Assembly: GCA_035249225.1 (NCBI GenBank)
Contig: DATFGS010000274.1
Span: 1 to 51,549, forward strand
DNA from: Candidatus Methylomirabilota bacterium
Lineage (GTDB): Bacteria > Methylomirabilota > Methylomirabilia > Rokubacteriales > CSP1-6
Reading direction: 5' to 3'
DNA: 51,549 nt
Position 1 is the first letter of the stretch, and each line of letters opens with the position of its first letter. This document shows positions 22,257-30,394 of the stretch, in pieces. The notes beneath the pieces were generated by a model, which made no database searches, had not been told where the DNA came from, and saw only the letters and a list, made by a program, of their open reading frames with translations. The translations under genes and the position numbers were made by a program.

Positions 22257-22267
22257 CTCATGGTGAG
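22257..22267. promoter_or_regulatory. Fourth operator-like site (O4)
   Basis: CTCATGGTGAG. The 15-mer TACTCAyGGTGAGAA is shared with O2. Confidence 0.5.
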
Positions 22268-22326
22268 AACGTGCTATGTTCTCGCGTACCGCCGGAGGGG
22301 GAGCCGAGCGGCGGCAGGAGGGCCCG

Positions 22327-22926
22327 ATGAGAGCCTTCGCGTGGGTGCTGGTCGGATTTGGCTTGGTAATCGTGGTGATGGCGATGTATATGACGACGGC
22401 GGACAACCGCGCACGTCGGCAGGCGGCGGTCACCATTGCCGCACGTGGCGGCGGCTATACGCAACCCGAGGAGAGGTCGCCGACCGCCGGGATCTTCTTC
22501 GGCTTCGGGATGACGGCCCTCGGCGTGCTCGTCCTCGCCGTCCGCCGCCCCGGATCGCCGGTCATCGTGGTCGCCCTGTTCCTGCTCTCTGGGTGCACCC
22601 TTCCGGGCTACCAGGGCGGGCCGATACCGCGGACGACGCAGTACACCTACCCGGGGCGCTCCTTCAATCCGGATACCGGGCTCGCCCACAGCCCGATCCC
22701 GACCGTCGCCGAGCCGCTTGACGGCGGCGTGTTCGTCTACGGGATGGTCTTTCACGATGGCAGCAGCGCGAACAGCGTCGACCCGTTCGACACCTTCGCC
22801 GCGTGCGAGACTGGCCGCCGGGCCTATGCCGACCTAACGGCTGAGCGGGTCAAGGACGGGGCGGCGCCGGTGATGACGACGAAGTGTTTCCGGGCCCACG
22901 ACACGGGCGGGCACCAAACCCGATGA
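22327..22926 (+). CDS. Membrane protein with internal lipobox-like LLSGC and a periplasmic Cys-pair domain (199 aa)
   Basis: AGGAGGG SD before ATG 22327. Hydrophobic segments AFAWVLVGFGLVIVVMAMYM, GIFFGFGMTALGVLVLAV and VIVVALFLLSGC. Confidence 0.65.
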   Translation: MRAFAWVLVGFGLVIVVMAMYMTTADNRARRQAAVTIAARGGGYTQPEERSPTAGIFFGFGMTALGVLVLAVRRPGSPVIVVALFLLSGCTLPGYQGGPIPRTTQYTYPGRSFNPDTGLAHSPIPTVAEPLDGGVFVYGMVFHDGSSANSVDPFDTFAACETGRRAYADLTAERVKDGAAPVMTTKCFRAHDTGGHQTR

Positions 22927-23156
22927 CCAGCGTCGCGGCGGCCTGCCTCTATCTTCTGATGTTCTGCCCGGCTGATGCGATCCCGCCCGCTGCGCCGCCG
23001 CTCGCGCACGGCCAAGGGTTCTGGGCGATCTATAAGACGCTTCCGGACGGGACGGAGCGCGCGGAGACTTACGAGAACGCCGATGCTTGCGCGGCGGATT
23101 CGACGGTGCTGCGGGACTTCGGGCACGACGCTTCGATCTGCTACGAGCTGCTCTAG
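22923..23156 (+). CDS. Small secreted protein (77 aa) related to the C-terminal domain of the preceding gene
   Basis: ATGA overlap. Signal-like MTSVAAACLYLLMFCPADA. Shares the ...ACA/ACE...C(F/Y) Cys-pair pattern. Confidence 0.55.
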   Translation: MTSVAAACLYLLMFCPADAIPPAAPPLAHGQGFWAIYKTLPDGTERAETYENADACAADSTVLRDFGHDASICYELL

Positions 23157-23401
23157 TCCTTCAGGAGCCGCTCCCGCGCCGCCTTGAAGGCGTCCAGTTC
23201 GTCGGCGAACTTCCCGAGCTGGTCGGCCTCGTCCTCGGTCATGCAGACGTTGCCCTGCTGGCGGAAGAACTTGATCTTGGGCCGCACCGGGAGCGGGAGC
23301 TCGGGCTCGAGCGCCACATGGACGCAGCCGACGAGGATCCCCGCGAGGATGGTGGCGAGGATCAGGGCGCCCGCAGCGATCCGCGCGTTCTGGCGGGTCA
23401 C
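23153..23401 (-). CDS. o-spanin-like outer-membrane lipoprotein
   Basis: Signal plus lipobox AGALILATILAGILVGC, followed by a short Pro-rich mature part. GTG 23401 forms a GTGA overlap with the i-spanin stop (alternative GTG 23410). Confidence 0.65.
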   Translation of the reverse strand: MTRQNARIAAGALILATILAGILVGCVHVALEPELPLPVRPKIKFFRQQGNVCMTEDEADQLGKFADELDAFKAARERLLKD

Positions 23402-23649
23402 TTGTTCCACTTCTGATTGAGGTCGTCTTCGAGGTCCTGCCCGGTCTTCTTCGGCTCCTTCTGAATCCGGTCCAGCGCCGCCCGCAGTCGATCCCGCTCC
23501 GCCTCGAGCTGGGCCTTCTTCCGCACCAGGTACTCGTGCGCCGCCTCGACCTTGGCGTTCTTGGAGAAGAACGTCGTCCAGACGAAGCGCACGATTCCCA
23601 GCGCGAAGGAGACCAGCGCGATCAGGAGCGGGATCGAGAGCGTAAACAT
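23398..23649 (-). CDS. i-spanin-like protein (N-terminal TM plus coiled coil)
   Basis: MFTLSIPLLIALVSFALGIVRFVW followed by KKAQLEAERDRLRAALDRIQKE. Confidence 0.65.
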   Translation of the reverse strand: MFTLSIPLLIALVSFALGIVRFVWTTFFSKNAKVEAAHEYLVRKKAQLEAERDRLRAALDRIQKEPKKTGQDLEDDLNQKWNK

Positions 23650-23651
23650 GG

Positions 23652-24062
23652 CTACTTGAGCGGGACCTTGACCACGACGGGGGCCGACTGCGCCTTCACG
23701 CCCTGGCTCAGTCGGGCCTTGCGCTGGGCGGGCGGCTCCGCGGGGGCGGTGGCCTTGGCCTCGACCATCGCCTTCATCCCGGCGAAGTCCTCGGACAGGT
23801 AGCGGAAGGTTTCCTGGCAGGCGGTCATCGCCGAGCTCAGGCCGGGGCCGGTGGCGACCTTGTTGATCGCGTTCAGGGCATCGGTCGCGGTGGCGAAGCC
23901 GAGATCCGGATCCGCGGCGACCTGGCCGCCGGCGGCGGTGATCGCGGCCACGCAGCCGAGCCCGGCGAGGACGCGGGTCGTGAAGCCGGGTGCGCCGCCG
24001 ATGCTCGCGCAGGCGGCGAGGAAGAGCATCACAACGAGGAGTAGGGCGACGAAATTCCGCAT
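23652..24062 (-). CDS. Lipoprotein (136 aa)
   Basis: MRNFVALLLVVMLFLAAC lipobox. The start was trimmed to ATG 24062. Confidence 0.65.
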   Translation of the reverse strand: MRNFVALLLVVMLFLAACASIGGAPGFTTRVLAGLGCVAAITAAGGQVAADPDLGFATATDALNAINKVATGPGLSSAMTACQETFRYLSEDFAGMKAMVEAKATAPAEPPAQRKARLSQGVKAQSAPVVVKVPLK

Positions 24063-24072
24063 GGGGTCTCCT

Positions 24073-24813
24073 TCAGGGGTTGTAGGACGTCTGCCAGCTC
24101 CGGAGCATCGCCCGGTACCGACGAGACAGGGGGAGCGGGCGCGCTCGAGCGCGAGCCCGCCGGTCGCTGCCGAAGGCGTCGACCTGGCCCCAGCGCCCGC
24201 CGGGCTCCTGGAAGGCAAGGTAGCCGCCGGGGAGCATCTCGGGGATCGGCCGCTTCAGAAGCCCGCGGTAGTCGTAGCCGCGGTCATCCCAGGGGGCCGC
24301 GAAGTCGTAGTAGCCCGGCAGGCAGAAGTCCGAGAGGAGGACGTCCGGCCCGTTCGGCATCGGCCAGCGGATCCCCCACTCGTCGGCCTCGACCGCATCG
24401 GCGACTTCGAGATCCCAGCGGCGGCCGTCCGGCCCCGACACCTGCCGGTCGATCATCGGGTTGACGCGCGCTTCCCAGATCTCGTGCGTGAGCGTCCCCG
24501 AGATCGAGTTCCCGCCGGCGCGCCCGGTCTTCGCGAACGTGTAGCCGATCGGGAATCCGTCCTCGGCGACCTCGTGGTAGCCGAGGGCCTCGGCCTGGTC
24601 GCTGTCGTCGGCGATGACCTGGAGATGCCCGAACCCCTTCGGGATCGCCTGGCCGTGCGGCATGAAGGCGACGTCCACTTCGGGCAGGCCCCATGCCCGA
24701 TTGAACTCCGGCAGGAAGTCCTGGATCGCCGCGACGTAGTGACGGACCTCGTCGTCCGAGCAGACCGACGGCGACGCGGCGTTGATCACCAGGATGGAGT
24801 CGGGCGGGGTCAT
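24073..24813 (-). CDS. Hypothetical protein (246 aa) inside the lysis cassette
   Basis: The start was trimmed to ATG 24813 (ATGA overlap). Contains LGYHEV and TLTHEIWEARVNP. No family recognised. Confidence 0.65.
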   Translation of the reverse strand: MTPPDSILVINAASPSVCSDDEVRHYVAAIQDFLPEFNRAWGLPEVDVAFMPHGQAIPKGFGHLQVIADDSDQAEALGYHEVAEDGFPIGYTFAKTGRAGGNSISGTLTHEIWEARVNPMIDRQVSGPDGRRWDLEVADAVEADEWGIRWPMPNGPDVLLSDFCLPGYYDFAAPWDDRGYDYRGLLKRPIPEMLPGGYLAFQEPGGRWGQVDAFGSDRRARARARPLPLSRRYRAMLRSWQTSYNP

Positions 24814-25067
24814 CGGCCGGCGGCGGTCTCTTTCGATGCGGCGACCTGCATTGGCACCGACTGCGAGAGATTCTTCTTCAGGCCGCGCAAGGCGGAGACT
24901 AGGCTCCCGCACACGGCTAGGAGCAGAATCCAGCCCGTCGGCACCGTGAGAGTCTGGGCCGCGACCGTACCCCCGGCCGTCCCCACGCCCATACTCGTCA
25001 GGAACGCGGTGAAAAAGTCGCTCACGAAATCGACGGCCAGGTTGAAGAGCGTCTGCTTGTCGTACAT
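24810..25067 (-). CDS. Holin-like small membrane protein (85 aa)
   Basis: Two hydrophobic segments (FVSDFFTAFLTSMGVG and GWILLLAVCGSLVSAL) and a charged C-terminus. AGGAGG SD. Directly downstream of the endolysin. Confidence 0.55.
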   Translation of the reverse strand: MYDKQTLFNLAVDFVSDFFTAFLTSMGVGTAGGTVAAQTLTVPTGWILLLAVCGSLVSALRGLKKNLSQSVPMQVAASKETAAGR

Positions 25068-25076
25068 GGGGGCCTC

Positions 25077-25568
25077 CTAAGCGATCAGGAACTCGTGTCG
25101 CCCGACGCGCAGTTTCACGCGCCGGGGGTCGTACCAGCTCGGCAGCTTGTGGTCCGCCCGGTCCCGGATGGTGAGCTCCGGGTTCAGGTAGAACGTCGAA
25201 CCGTGGGTCGGGTCGTCGTCGAGCCGCCAGTACGCGATACTCGCTGCGCGCCAGCAGCTCTCCCAGTTAGCCGGGCTCGGGGCCATGAGCCGGCGCGCCC
25301 GCGCCCCGGCGTAGTCATCGTTCCAGCACGAGAACGCTTCGAAGGACTTGCCGTCACCGTCAACGAGCCCGTCCTTCCCGAGGATGACGAAGCGGGCCGT
25401 CGTCTTCTGTTCATCCATGCGGTTTCGGATCACGAACGCGACCGCGATCTGCCCGAGTTGAGGCTCGCCTTCGGCTTCGAGGAAGATGGTGCTCGCATAG
25501 AGAATCAACGCCGGCCATTGCCCGGGGTCGTCGGTCAGCCGCGGGAGCGGGAGCAGGCCGGGGAGCAT
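25077..25568 (-). CDS. Endolysin, SleB-type cell-wall hydrolase
   Basis: IFLEAEGEPQLGQIAVAFVIRNR...FSCWND (Hydrolase_2 signature). Start ATG 25568 is preferred (TGATG junction); the alternative is GTG 25592. Confidence 0.8.
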   Translation of the reverse strand: MLPGLLPLPRLTDDPGQWPALILYASTIFLEAEGEPQLGQIAVAFVIRNRMDEQKTTARFVILGKDGLVDGDGKSFEAFSCWNDDYAGARARRLMAPSPANWESCWRAASIAYWRLDDDPTHGSTFYLNPELTIRDRADHKLPSWYDPRRVKLRVGRHEFLIA

Positions 25569-25681
25569 CAGACCGGGGGTTCGCGGTTCCACCGGTTGAA
25601 GACCCAGACGACCAGGCAGACAATCGCGAGAATCGCCGCCAGCGCAACGGCATAGGGGGCCACGGTCTCGATCACTTCCAC
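25568..25681 (-). CDS. Possible tiny TM peptide (37 aa; below the ORF-track cutoff)
   Basis: GTG 25681. Product is VEVIETVAPYAVALAAILAIVCLVVWVFNRWNREPPV. Its stop is fused to the endolysin ATG. Confidence 0.3.
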   Translation of the reverse strand: MEVIETVAPYAVALAAILAIVCLVVWVFNRWNREPPV

Positions 25682-25697
25682 TGCCGCGACGAGTATC

Positions 25698-26030
25698 TTA
25701 CTGATCACAGAAGACCCGCTCGGCCGGGTCGCGCGAAGTGTTCCGGCAGATCTGCCGCTGGAGCCGGGTATTCGTCTTCACAAATTCCAGCAGGCCATGC
25801 GTTTCCTCGCGATGAGCCTTGATCTCGGCAGCCGTCGTGGTGAGCGGCGAGGGGAGTTGGCCGATGAAGATCATGAAGAACGCGACGCAGATCGCCACCG
25901 GGAACCCGAAGGAGGCGAGCGTCCAAATGACGAGCTTCGCGTACCAGGGGGCTCCATTCAGAGCCGGCATTCCGAGGGCGACCCCGTTGCTTCCCGCATC
26001 GTGGGCAGCGTGCGATCGGCGCTTGGACAT
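25698..26030 (-). CDS. Single-TM protein with C-terminal Cys pair (110 aa), paralog A
   Basis: TM segment LVIWTLASFGFPVAICVAFFMIFIG. C-terminus RLQRQICRNTSRDPAERVFC. Confidence 0.6.
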   Translation of the reverse strand: MSKRRSHAAHDAGSNGVALGMPALNGAPWYAKLVIWTLASFGFPVAICVAFFMIFIGQLPSPLTTTAAEIKAHREETHGLLEFVKTNTRLQRQICRNTSRDPAERVFCDQ

Positions 26031-26036
26031 TAACGG

Positions 26037-26390
26037 TCATGGTCCTTTCGATCCGACGCAGTCCTGGACATCCGCCGGGTTGCGCGCCACGTTCACGCAG
26101 ACCCGGCGAACGAGGTCCGTCTGCACGCGGAGATGCTCGACGAGGGCCGCCCGCGCCTTTTGCGTTTCCACCACCCGGGCCTCGTTGTGCTCGAGGGCCG
26201 TTTCGATGGTGCGCGCGAGGACGACCTGGGCGACGATCTGGAAGATCGTCCCGAGCGTGATAAGGCCGAGGCAGAGCACAATAGTCCCGACGACGAGCGG
26301 GTGATCGGTGCGGCGCCGCCCAGGCTGGACGAACTCGGTCAGCGGATCGGTGCGTCGGACGGGGGTCGGCTTCGCCGGCGCCGTTGCCAT
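26037..26390 (-). CDS. Single-TM protein with C-terminal Cys pair (117 aa), paralog B
   Basis: TM segment LVVGTIVLCLGLITLGTIFQIVAQVVL. C-terminus DLVRRVCVNVARNPADVQDC. The start was trimmed to ATG 26390. Confidence 0.6.
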   Translation of the reverse strand: MATAPAKPTPVRRTDPLTEFVQPGRRRTDHPLVVGTIVLCLGLITLGTIFQIVAQVVLARTIETALEHNEARVVETQKARAALVEHLRVQTDLVRRVCVNVARNPADVQDCVGSKGP

Positions 26391-26803
26391 CAGGACACCT
26401 TCTGGAGGTTGACGACGGTATGCTCGATCTCGTGGCGCATGAAGCGCGCCCCGGCCGCATAGGTCGCGGTGATAAGCGCGATATGCTTCTCCGACTCCTT
26501 GGTCGCGTCGACGAGGGCCAGGTCGAGGGCGTCCAGGACCACGACCAGCGCCCCGCCCGCCGAGAGCGTGCCTCGCCCGATGTTCAGGATGTTCGTCCCG
26601 TTCACGCCGTTGATCAGCGTCAGCGCGGCGTCGAGGTTGTAAAGGGTCAGGGTCAATGCGGAGACGTCGCCGGAGCCGAGCGCGCTCCCATCCTCCTTCT
26701 TGAGGTCGGCCGTATAGCGGAAGGCGGACTTCTCGGGGATCTGGAGGACCGTCCCGTCGGTGTTCTTCGCGACTGACCGGATCTGGGTGGATGCAGTTGC
26801 CAT
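26390..26803 (-). CDS. Hypothetical structural/fibre-associated protein (137 aa)
   Basis: TAATG junction with the fibre gene. Beta-rich composition. Confidence 0.6.
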   Translation of the reverse strand: MATASTQIRSVAKNTDGTVLQIPEKSAFRYTADLKKEDGSALGSGDVSALTLTLYNLDAALTLINGVNGTNILNIGRGTLSAGGALVVVLDALDLALVDATKESEKHIALITATYAAGARFMRHEIEHTVVNLQKVS

Positions 26804-29376
26804 TAGCTCGACGCTCCATAGGTTTCGGCGGTGGCCCCAGGCACGCGCCCGGCGCCGGGGAGGAGGCCCGCCGTCGCGAAGACCTCGGCCTGCACGCGGC
26901 CGGCGCGCATCGTCTCGGCGGTCGCCCCCGCCACCGCGAAGGCTTCCATGGTGGCCCGGCCGATCTGGTAGGTCGGCGCGATGATCTGGACGAGCTCAAC
27001 GAAGCCCCCGGCCGGGATGAAGAAGGCGAGGAATTCCTCAGCGAGGTTGACCTGCTCCTGGAAACTCTTTGCGATCCTGACGATGTGCGTCTCGGTCAGC
27101 CCGAGGGTATCCTGCACCGCCTTCCCGACTTGGCGCCGAAGCGTCTCGGTCAAGAGCACGTTGTCGCTGAGCGCCTTCGTCTTGATCACACTGGTCACGA
27201 GTTGCTCGGTGAACGCGGCGAGCTCGGCGATGGTCTTGCGGACGGTGGCAGTGTCGGTCTCCGTCAGGCTGACCGTCTCCGCGGTGGCCCGGCGAACGAG
27301 GCGGGTAAGCGTCTCGTTCAGGGACAGGGCGTCCGCGCGCGTGGCGAGGACCGCCTTCAGGGCCGTCAGGTTCTCGGTCAGGCTCACCGTCTCGGCGAAG
27401 GTCTTGTTCGTTTGCCGCGCCTGGGCCTCGGACAGGAGCACGGTCTCGGCGATGCTCTGCGACTTCCGGACGAGGAGGGTGAGGTTCTCCGAGAGGAGGA
27501 GCGTGTCGGCCAGGGGCCGGAGGATGAACTTCAGCGTCCCGAGGTTCTCGGTGATGGCGACGGTGTCGGTCAGGTTCTTCCGGGTCTCGCGCGCCAGCGT
27601 CTCAGTCAGGCTCAGGGTCTCCGCGATCGACGCCTGCTTCCGCGCCGCGAGCTGGAGTTGCTCGGTCAGGGAGAGCGTCTCCGGCAGGTTCCGGATGATG
27701 AGCTTGATCGCGGTCAGGTTCTCGGTGAGCTGGAGCGTCTCGGCCACCGTCTTCGAGGGCCGCTTCGCCAGGGTCTCCGACAGGCCGATCGTATCGGCCA
27801 GGCCGTTGACCTTGGTCACGGCGAGGCGAAGCTGCTCGGTAAGGCTCAGCGTGTCGGAGACGCCGCGAAGGACGACCTTGATCGCGCCGAGGTTCTCCGA
27901 AAGGCTCAGGGTCTCGGCGAGCGGGTGGGTGATGACGCGCCGGAGGCTCTCGGTCAGGGCCACGGCCTCAAGGATCGTCTTCCGGGACTGGACGGTCTGA
28001 TCTTCGGTGAGCGCCAGCACTTCGCCGAGCGCTTTCCGTGCCTGGAGCTGATCAGCTTCCGATAGGGCGAGCGTGTCGGAAGGAGTCTCGTTGAACTGGG
28101 TGCCGCCGGCCGCGACCTTGAACACCGCGACGCAGCCCGTCGCGTCGTCGGCGACCGAGATCGTCCAGGTCGCGTTCTTCGATGCCGCCGACGCCTGGAC
28201 GTCGTACTCCACCTGACAGCCAGTCGGCGTGTGGTCGAAGAGCTCCACGTACCCGGCGCCGGGCGTGGTCGAGAACGCGGAGCTGTTCGAGGTCAGGAAG
28301 CCCAGGTAGAGGTGTCCGTCCGCCGAGGCCGTCACCGAGTTCGAGTCCGGCGTCGTCGTCGAGGCGTTGACCTTGGAGTTCGTGCCGTCCAGCGCCCCCG
28401 AGGTCTCGGCGCCCACCCACTCGCAGACCACGAGGACGCGACTGCCCGTCGAGGCGGAGAATGTCACCGTCACCGCCTCGCCGTTGTTGCCCGCCGCAAC
28501 GTTCTCCGCGTAGCGGATCGTCACCCGCTCGGGGTTCCCTCCGTTCGTGACCGCGTTTTGCCACGTGTTGCCGTCGTCATCGGCGACGCTCGAGATAGTT
28601 TGAGCGGAGTCGTTGCGGATGCACGCGGTCAGGAGGCTGCCGGCCAGCCGCGGCCAAATGTTGACGGCCACGGTGCTCCCGGTCCCGCCCGGGACGAAGG
28701 AGACCAACTGGCGCAGTGTCCAGCCCCCATCCGCGGCCGGCGGATTCGGGATGCCGACCGTGATCGAGCAGGTCCCGTTCGGGGTCTGGTTGTCGGCATA
28801 CGCGCCGGGATTCTCCGACGCCGCGGCGGTGAGCGCGCGGTCAGAGACCGCCACATCCCCCGTCGCCGCCCCCGCCACATCCGCCCGCAGCGTGTAGTTG
28901 GTCGGCGCCGTGGGGGTCAACGTCTGCGAGGCCGTCAGGTGCCAGGCCGAGATGGCCAGCACCAGCCAATCGCGCGTGCTGTCGAGGGTCACGTTCGGCG
29001 GGTCAGGGGCACCCGTGCCCGTCGCGGTGACCGACGCCGCCTCAATAGCGTCGAGTCCGAAGGTGCCAGTCTGCACGACGTAGCAGCCGGTCCATGTCTC
29101 GGTCCCGACCGAGGAGGTATAGGCCTGGTAGCTGGCGGCGCCGGCCGCGGTGGCGATCTTCCCGGCGACGGAGAGGCGGCCGTCGGTGGAGCCGTCGTTG
29201 TGGCTGTGCGACAGGATCTCGACGAAGCCGGCTTGCAGCGTGTGGGTCGGGATGCCAGCGCCCGCCCGCTCCCAGGTGAACACCACCACCAGGTCACCGA
29301 CCTGGGTGCCCGCTGGGGAGGTCGTCGACAGCCCCGCGACGGGGGCGGTCTCAGCGCGGCGGGAGGGCGCGGCCAT
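26803..29376 (-). CDS. Tail fibre / receptor-binding protein with two N-terminal beta-rich domains and a C-terminal repeat array
   Basis: 857 aa. About 19 copies of (D/E)(T/A)(L/V/I)xLx(E) in the C-terminal half. Located at the end of the tail module. Confidence 0.75.
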   Translation of the reverse strand: MAAPSRRAETAPVAGLSTTSPAGTQVGDLVVVFTWERAGAGIPTHTLQAGFVEILSHSHNDGSTDGRLSVAGKIATAAGAASYQAYTSSVGTETWTGCYVVQTGTFGLDAIEAASVTATGTGAPDPPNVTLDSTRDWLVLAISAWHLTASQTLTPTAPTNYTLRADVAGAATGDVAVSDRALTAAASENPGAYADNQTPNGTCSITVGIPNPPAADGGWTLRQLVSFVPGGTGSTVAVNIWPRLAGSLLTACIRNDSAQTISSVADDDGNTWQNAVTNGGNPERVTIRYAENVAAGNNGEAVTVTFSASTGSRVLVVCEWVGAETSGALDGTNSKVNASTTTPDSNSVTASADGHLYLGFLTSNSSAFSTTPGAGYVELFDHTPTGCQVEYDVQASAASKNATWTISVADDATGCVAVFKVAAGGTQFNETPSDTLALSEADQLQARKALGEVLALTEDQTVQSRKTILEAVALTESLRRVITHPLAETLSLSENLGAIKVVLRGVSDTLSLTEQLRLAVTKVNGLADTIGLSETLAKRPSKTVAETLQLTENLTAIKLIIRNLPETLSLTEQLQLAARKQASIAETLSLTETLARETRKNLTDTVAITENLGTLKFILRPLADTLLLSENLTLLVRKSQSIAETVLLSEAQARQTNKTFAETVSLTENLTALKAVLATRADALSLNETLTRLVRRATAETVSLTETDTATVRKTIAELAAFTEQLVTSVIKTKALSDNVLLTETLRRQVGKAVQDTLGLTETHIVRIAKSFQEQVNLAEEFLAFFIPAGGFVELVQIIAPTYQIGRATMEAFAVAGATAETMRAGRVQAEVFATAGLLPGAGRVPGATAETYGASS
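27000..28060 (-). repeat. Degenerate in-frame tandem repeats inside the fibre gene
   Basis: ETLSLTE, DTLSLTE, ETVSLTE, DTIGLSE and similar recur about every 17-20 aa between roughly residues 440 and 790. Confidence 0.75.
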
Positions 29377-30391
29377 CGCTTACGCTTTGAGTGCGCTCTT
29401 CCATGGCCGCGCCGACCACGACGGCGGCCAGCATCCCGAGCGCCGGGACGCGAAAGGGGAACATCCCGACCGACAGGATGCCGAGCGCGACCACCGCCGG
29501 GCCCCAGCTCGTCCAGACCGTCGCGCGCGCCGACCACGTCCAGGCCGTGAGGATGGCGAACCCGATCAGCCCGGCCTCGACGAGAACCTGGAGGGGCTCG
29601 TTATGGGCATGCAGGAAGAGCCCGCCGGGTTGGCCGAGCGCGAACTGATAGCTCGGCATATACGTCGCCCACCCGTTCGGCCCGAGCCCGAGGAGGACGC
29701 CGTTATGGAGCCAGAGCGTCAGACCGTACCCCCAGGCCGCGCCGCGGTTCCAGAACGAGTCGAGAGACCCGACGACGTCGCGGTCGGGGTCGAGCAGGGT
29801 CGCCACGGTCAGGACGACCGCGATGAACGCGGCCGCGGGCACCGACCAGCGCCAGTACCGCCGCCACCGCCACGCCACCGCGGCCGCGAACGCCACCAGC
29901 CCCAGTCGATGCCCGCAAGCCACGAGGCCGGCGGCGAACAGCGGCAGGAGGACGGGCGGCGACAGCGCCCCCGTCATGGCCATCGCCGAACCGGCCCAAT
30001 TCGGGTTCCCCATCGTGCCCGTCGCCCGGAAGCCGTCGAGGAACTCCGGCCGGTCGAACCCCGCCGCCTGAGCCAGGGCGTAGACCGCCTGGGCCGCCCC
30101 CAGGGCCACCAGGACCGGCCGGGCATACGGGAAGGCGTACCCGCGCCGGATCAGGGCGTAGGCGAGCAGGCCGAGCGCCAGGAGTTGCACGGCGACGAGC
30201 CCGCGCTGCTCGCTAGGGGTGATCAGCGTCAGGAGGGCGCAGTAGGCGAGGAAGACCCCGGCCCAGCCGTCCACATGCACCGCGAGCCAAGCCCCGCCCG
30301 CCACGAGCACCAAGGCGGCGAAGAGGCGCGCGTCTCCCCCGGTGCGAGTGGCGAGCATCAGCAGGGCCAGGATCGCGAGGACGACCGGCAC
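29351..30391 (-). CDS. O-antigen ligase/polymerase-like polytopic membrane protein (Wzy_C family), paralog 3
   Basis: FRATGTMGNPNWAGSAMAM, GHRLGLVAFAAAV and GLGPNGWATYMPSYQFALGQPGGLFLHAHNEPLQVLVEAGLIGF. GTG start at 30391. Its end overlaps the fibre start by 26 nt. Confidence 0.8.
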   Translation of the reverse strand: MPVVLAILALLMLATRTGGDARLFAALVLVAGGAWLAVHVDGWAGVFLAYCALLTLITPSEQRGLVAVQLLALGLLAYALIRRGYAFPYARPVLVALGAAQAVYALAQAAGFDRPEFLDGFRATGTMGNPNWAGSAMAMTGALSPPVLLPLFAAGLVACGHRLGLVAFAAAVAWRWRRYWRWSVPAAAFIAVVLTVATLLDPDRDVVGSLDSFWNRGAAWGYGLTLWLHNGVLLGLGPNGWATYMPSYQFALGQPGGLFLHAHNEPLQVLVEAGLIGFAILTAWTWSARATVWTSWGPAVVALGILSVGMFPFRVPALGMLAAVVVGAAMEERTQSVSDGRALPPR

Positions 30392-30394
30392 GGC

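Noticed and set aside
26803-29376. Possibility of a diversity-generating retroelement acting on the repeat-rich fibre
   Set aside because: No reverse transcriptase gene and no template/variable repeat pair with adenine-specific differences was seen anywhere in the genome.
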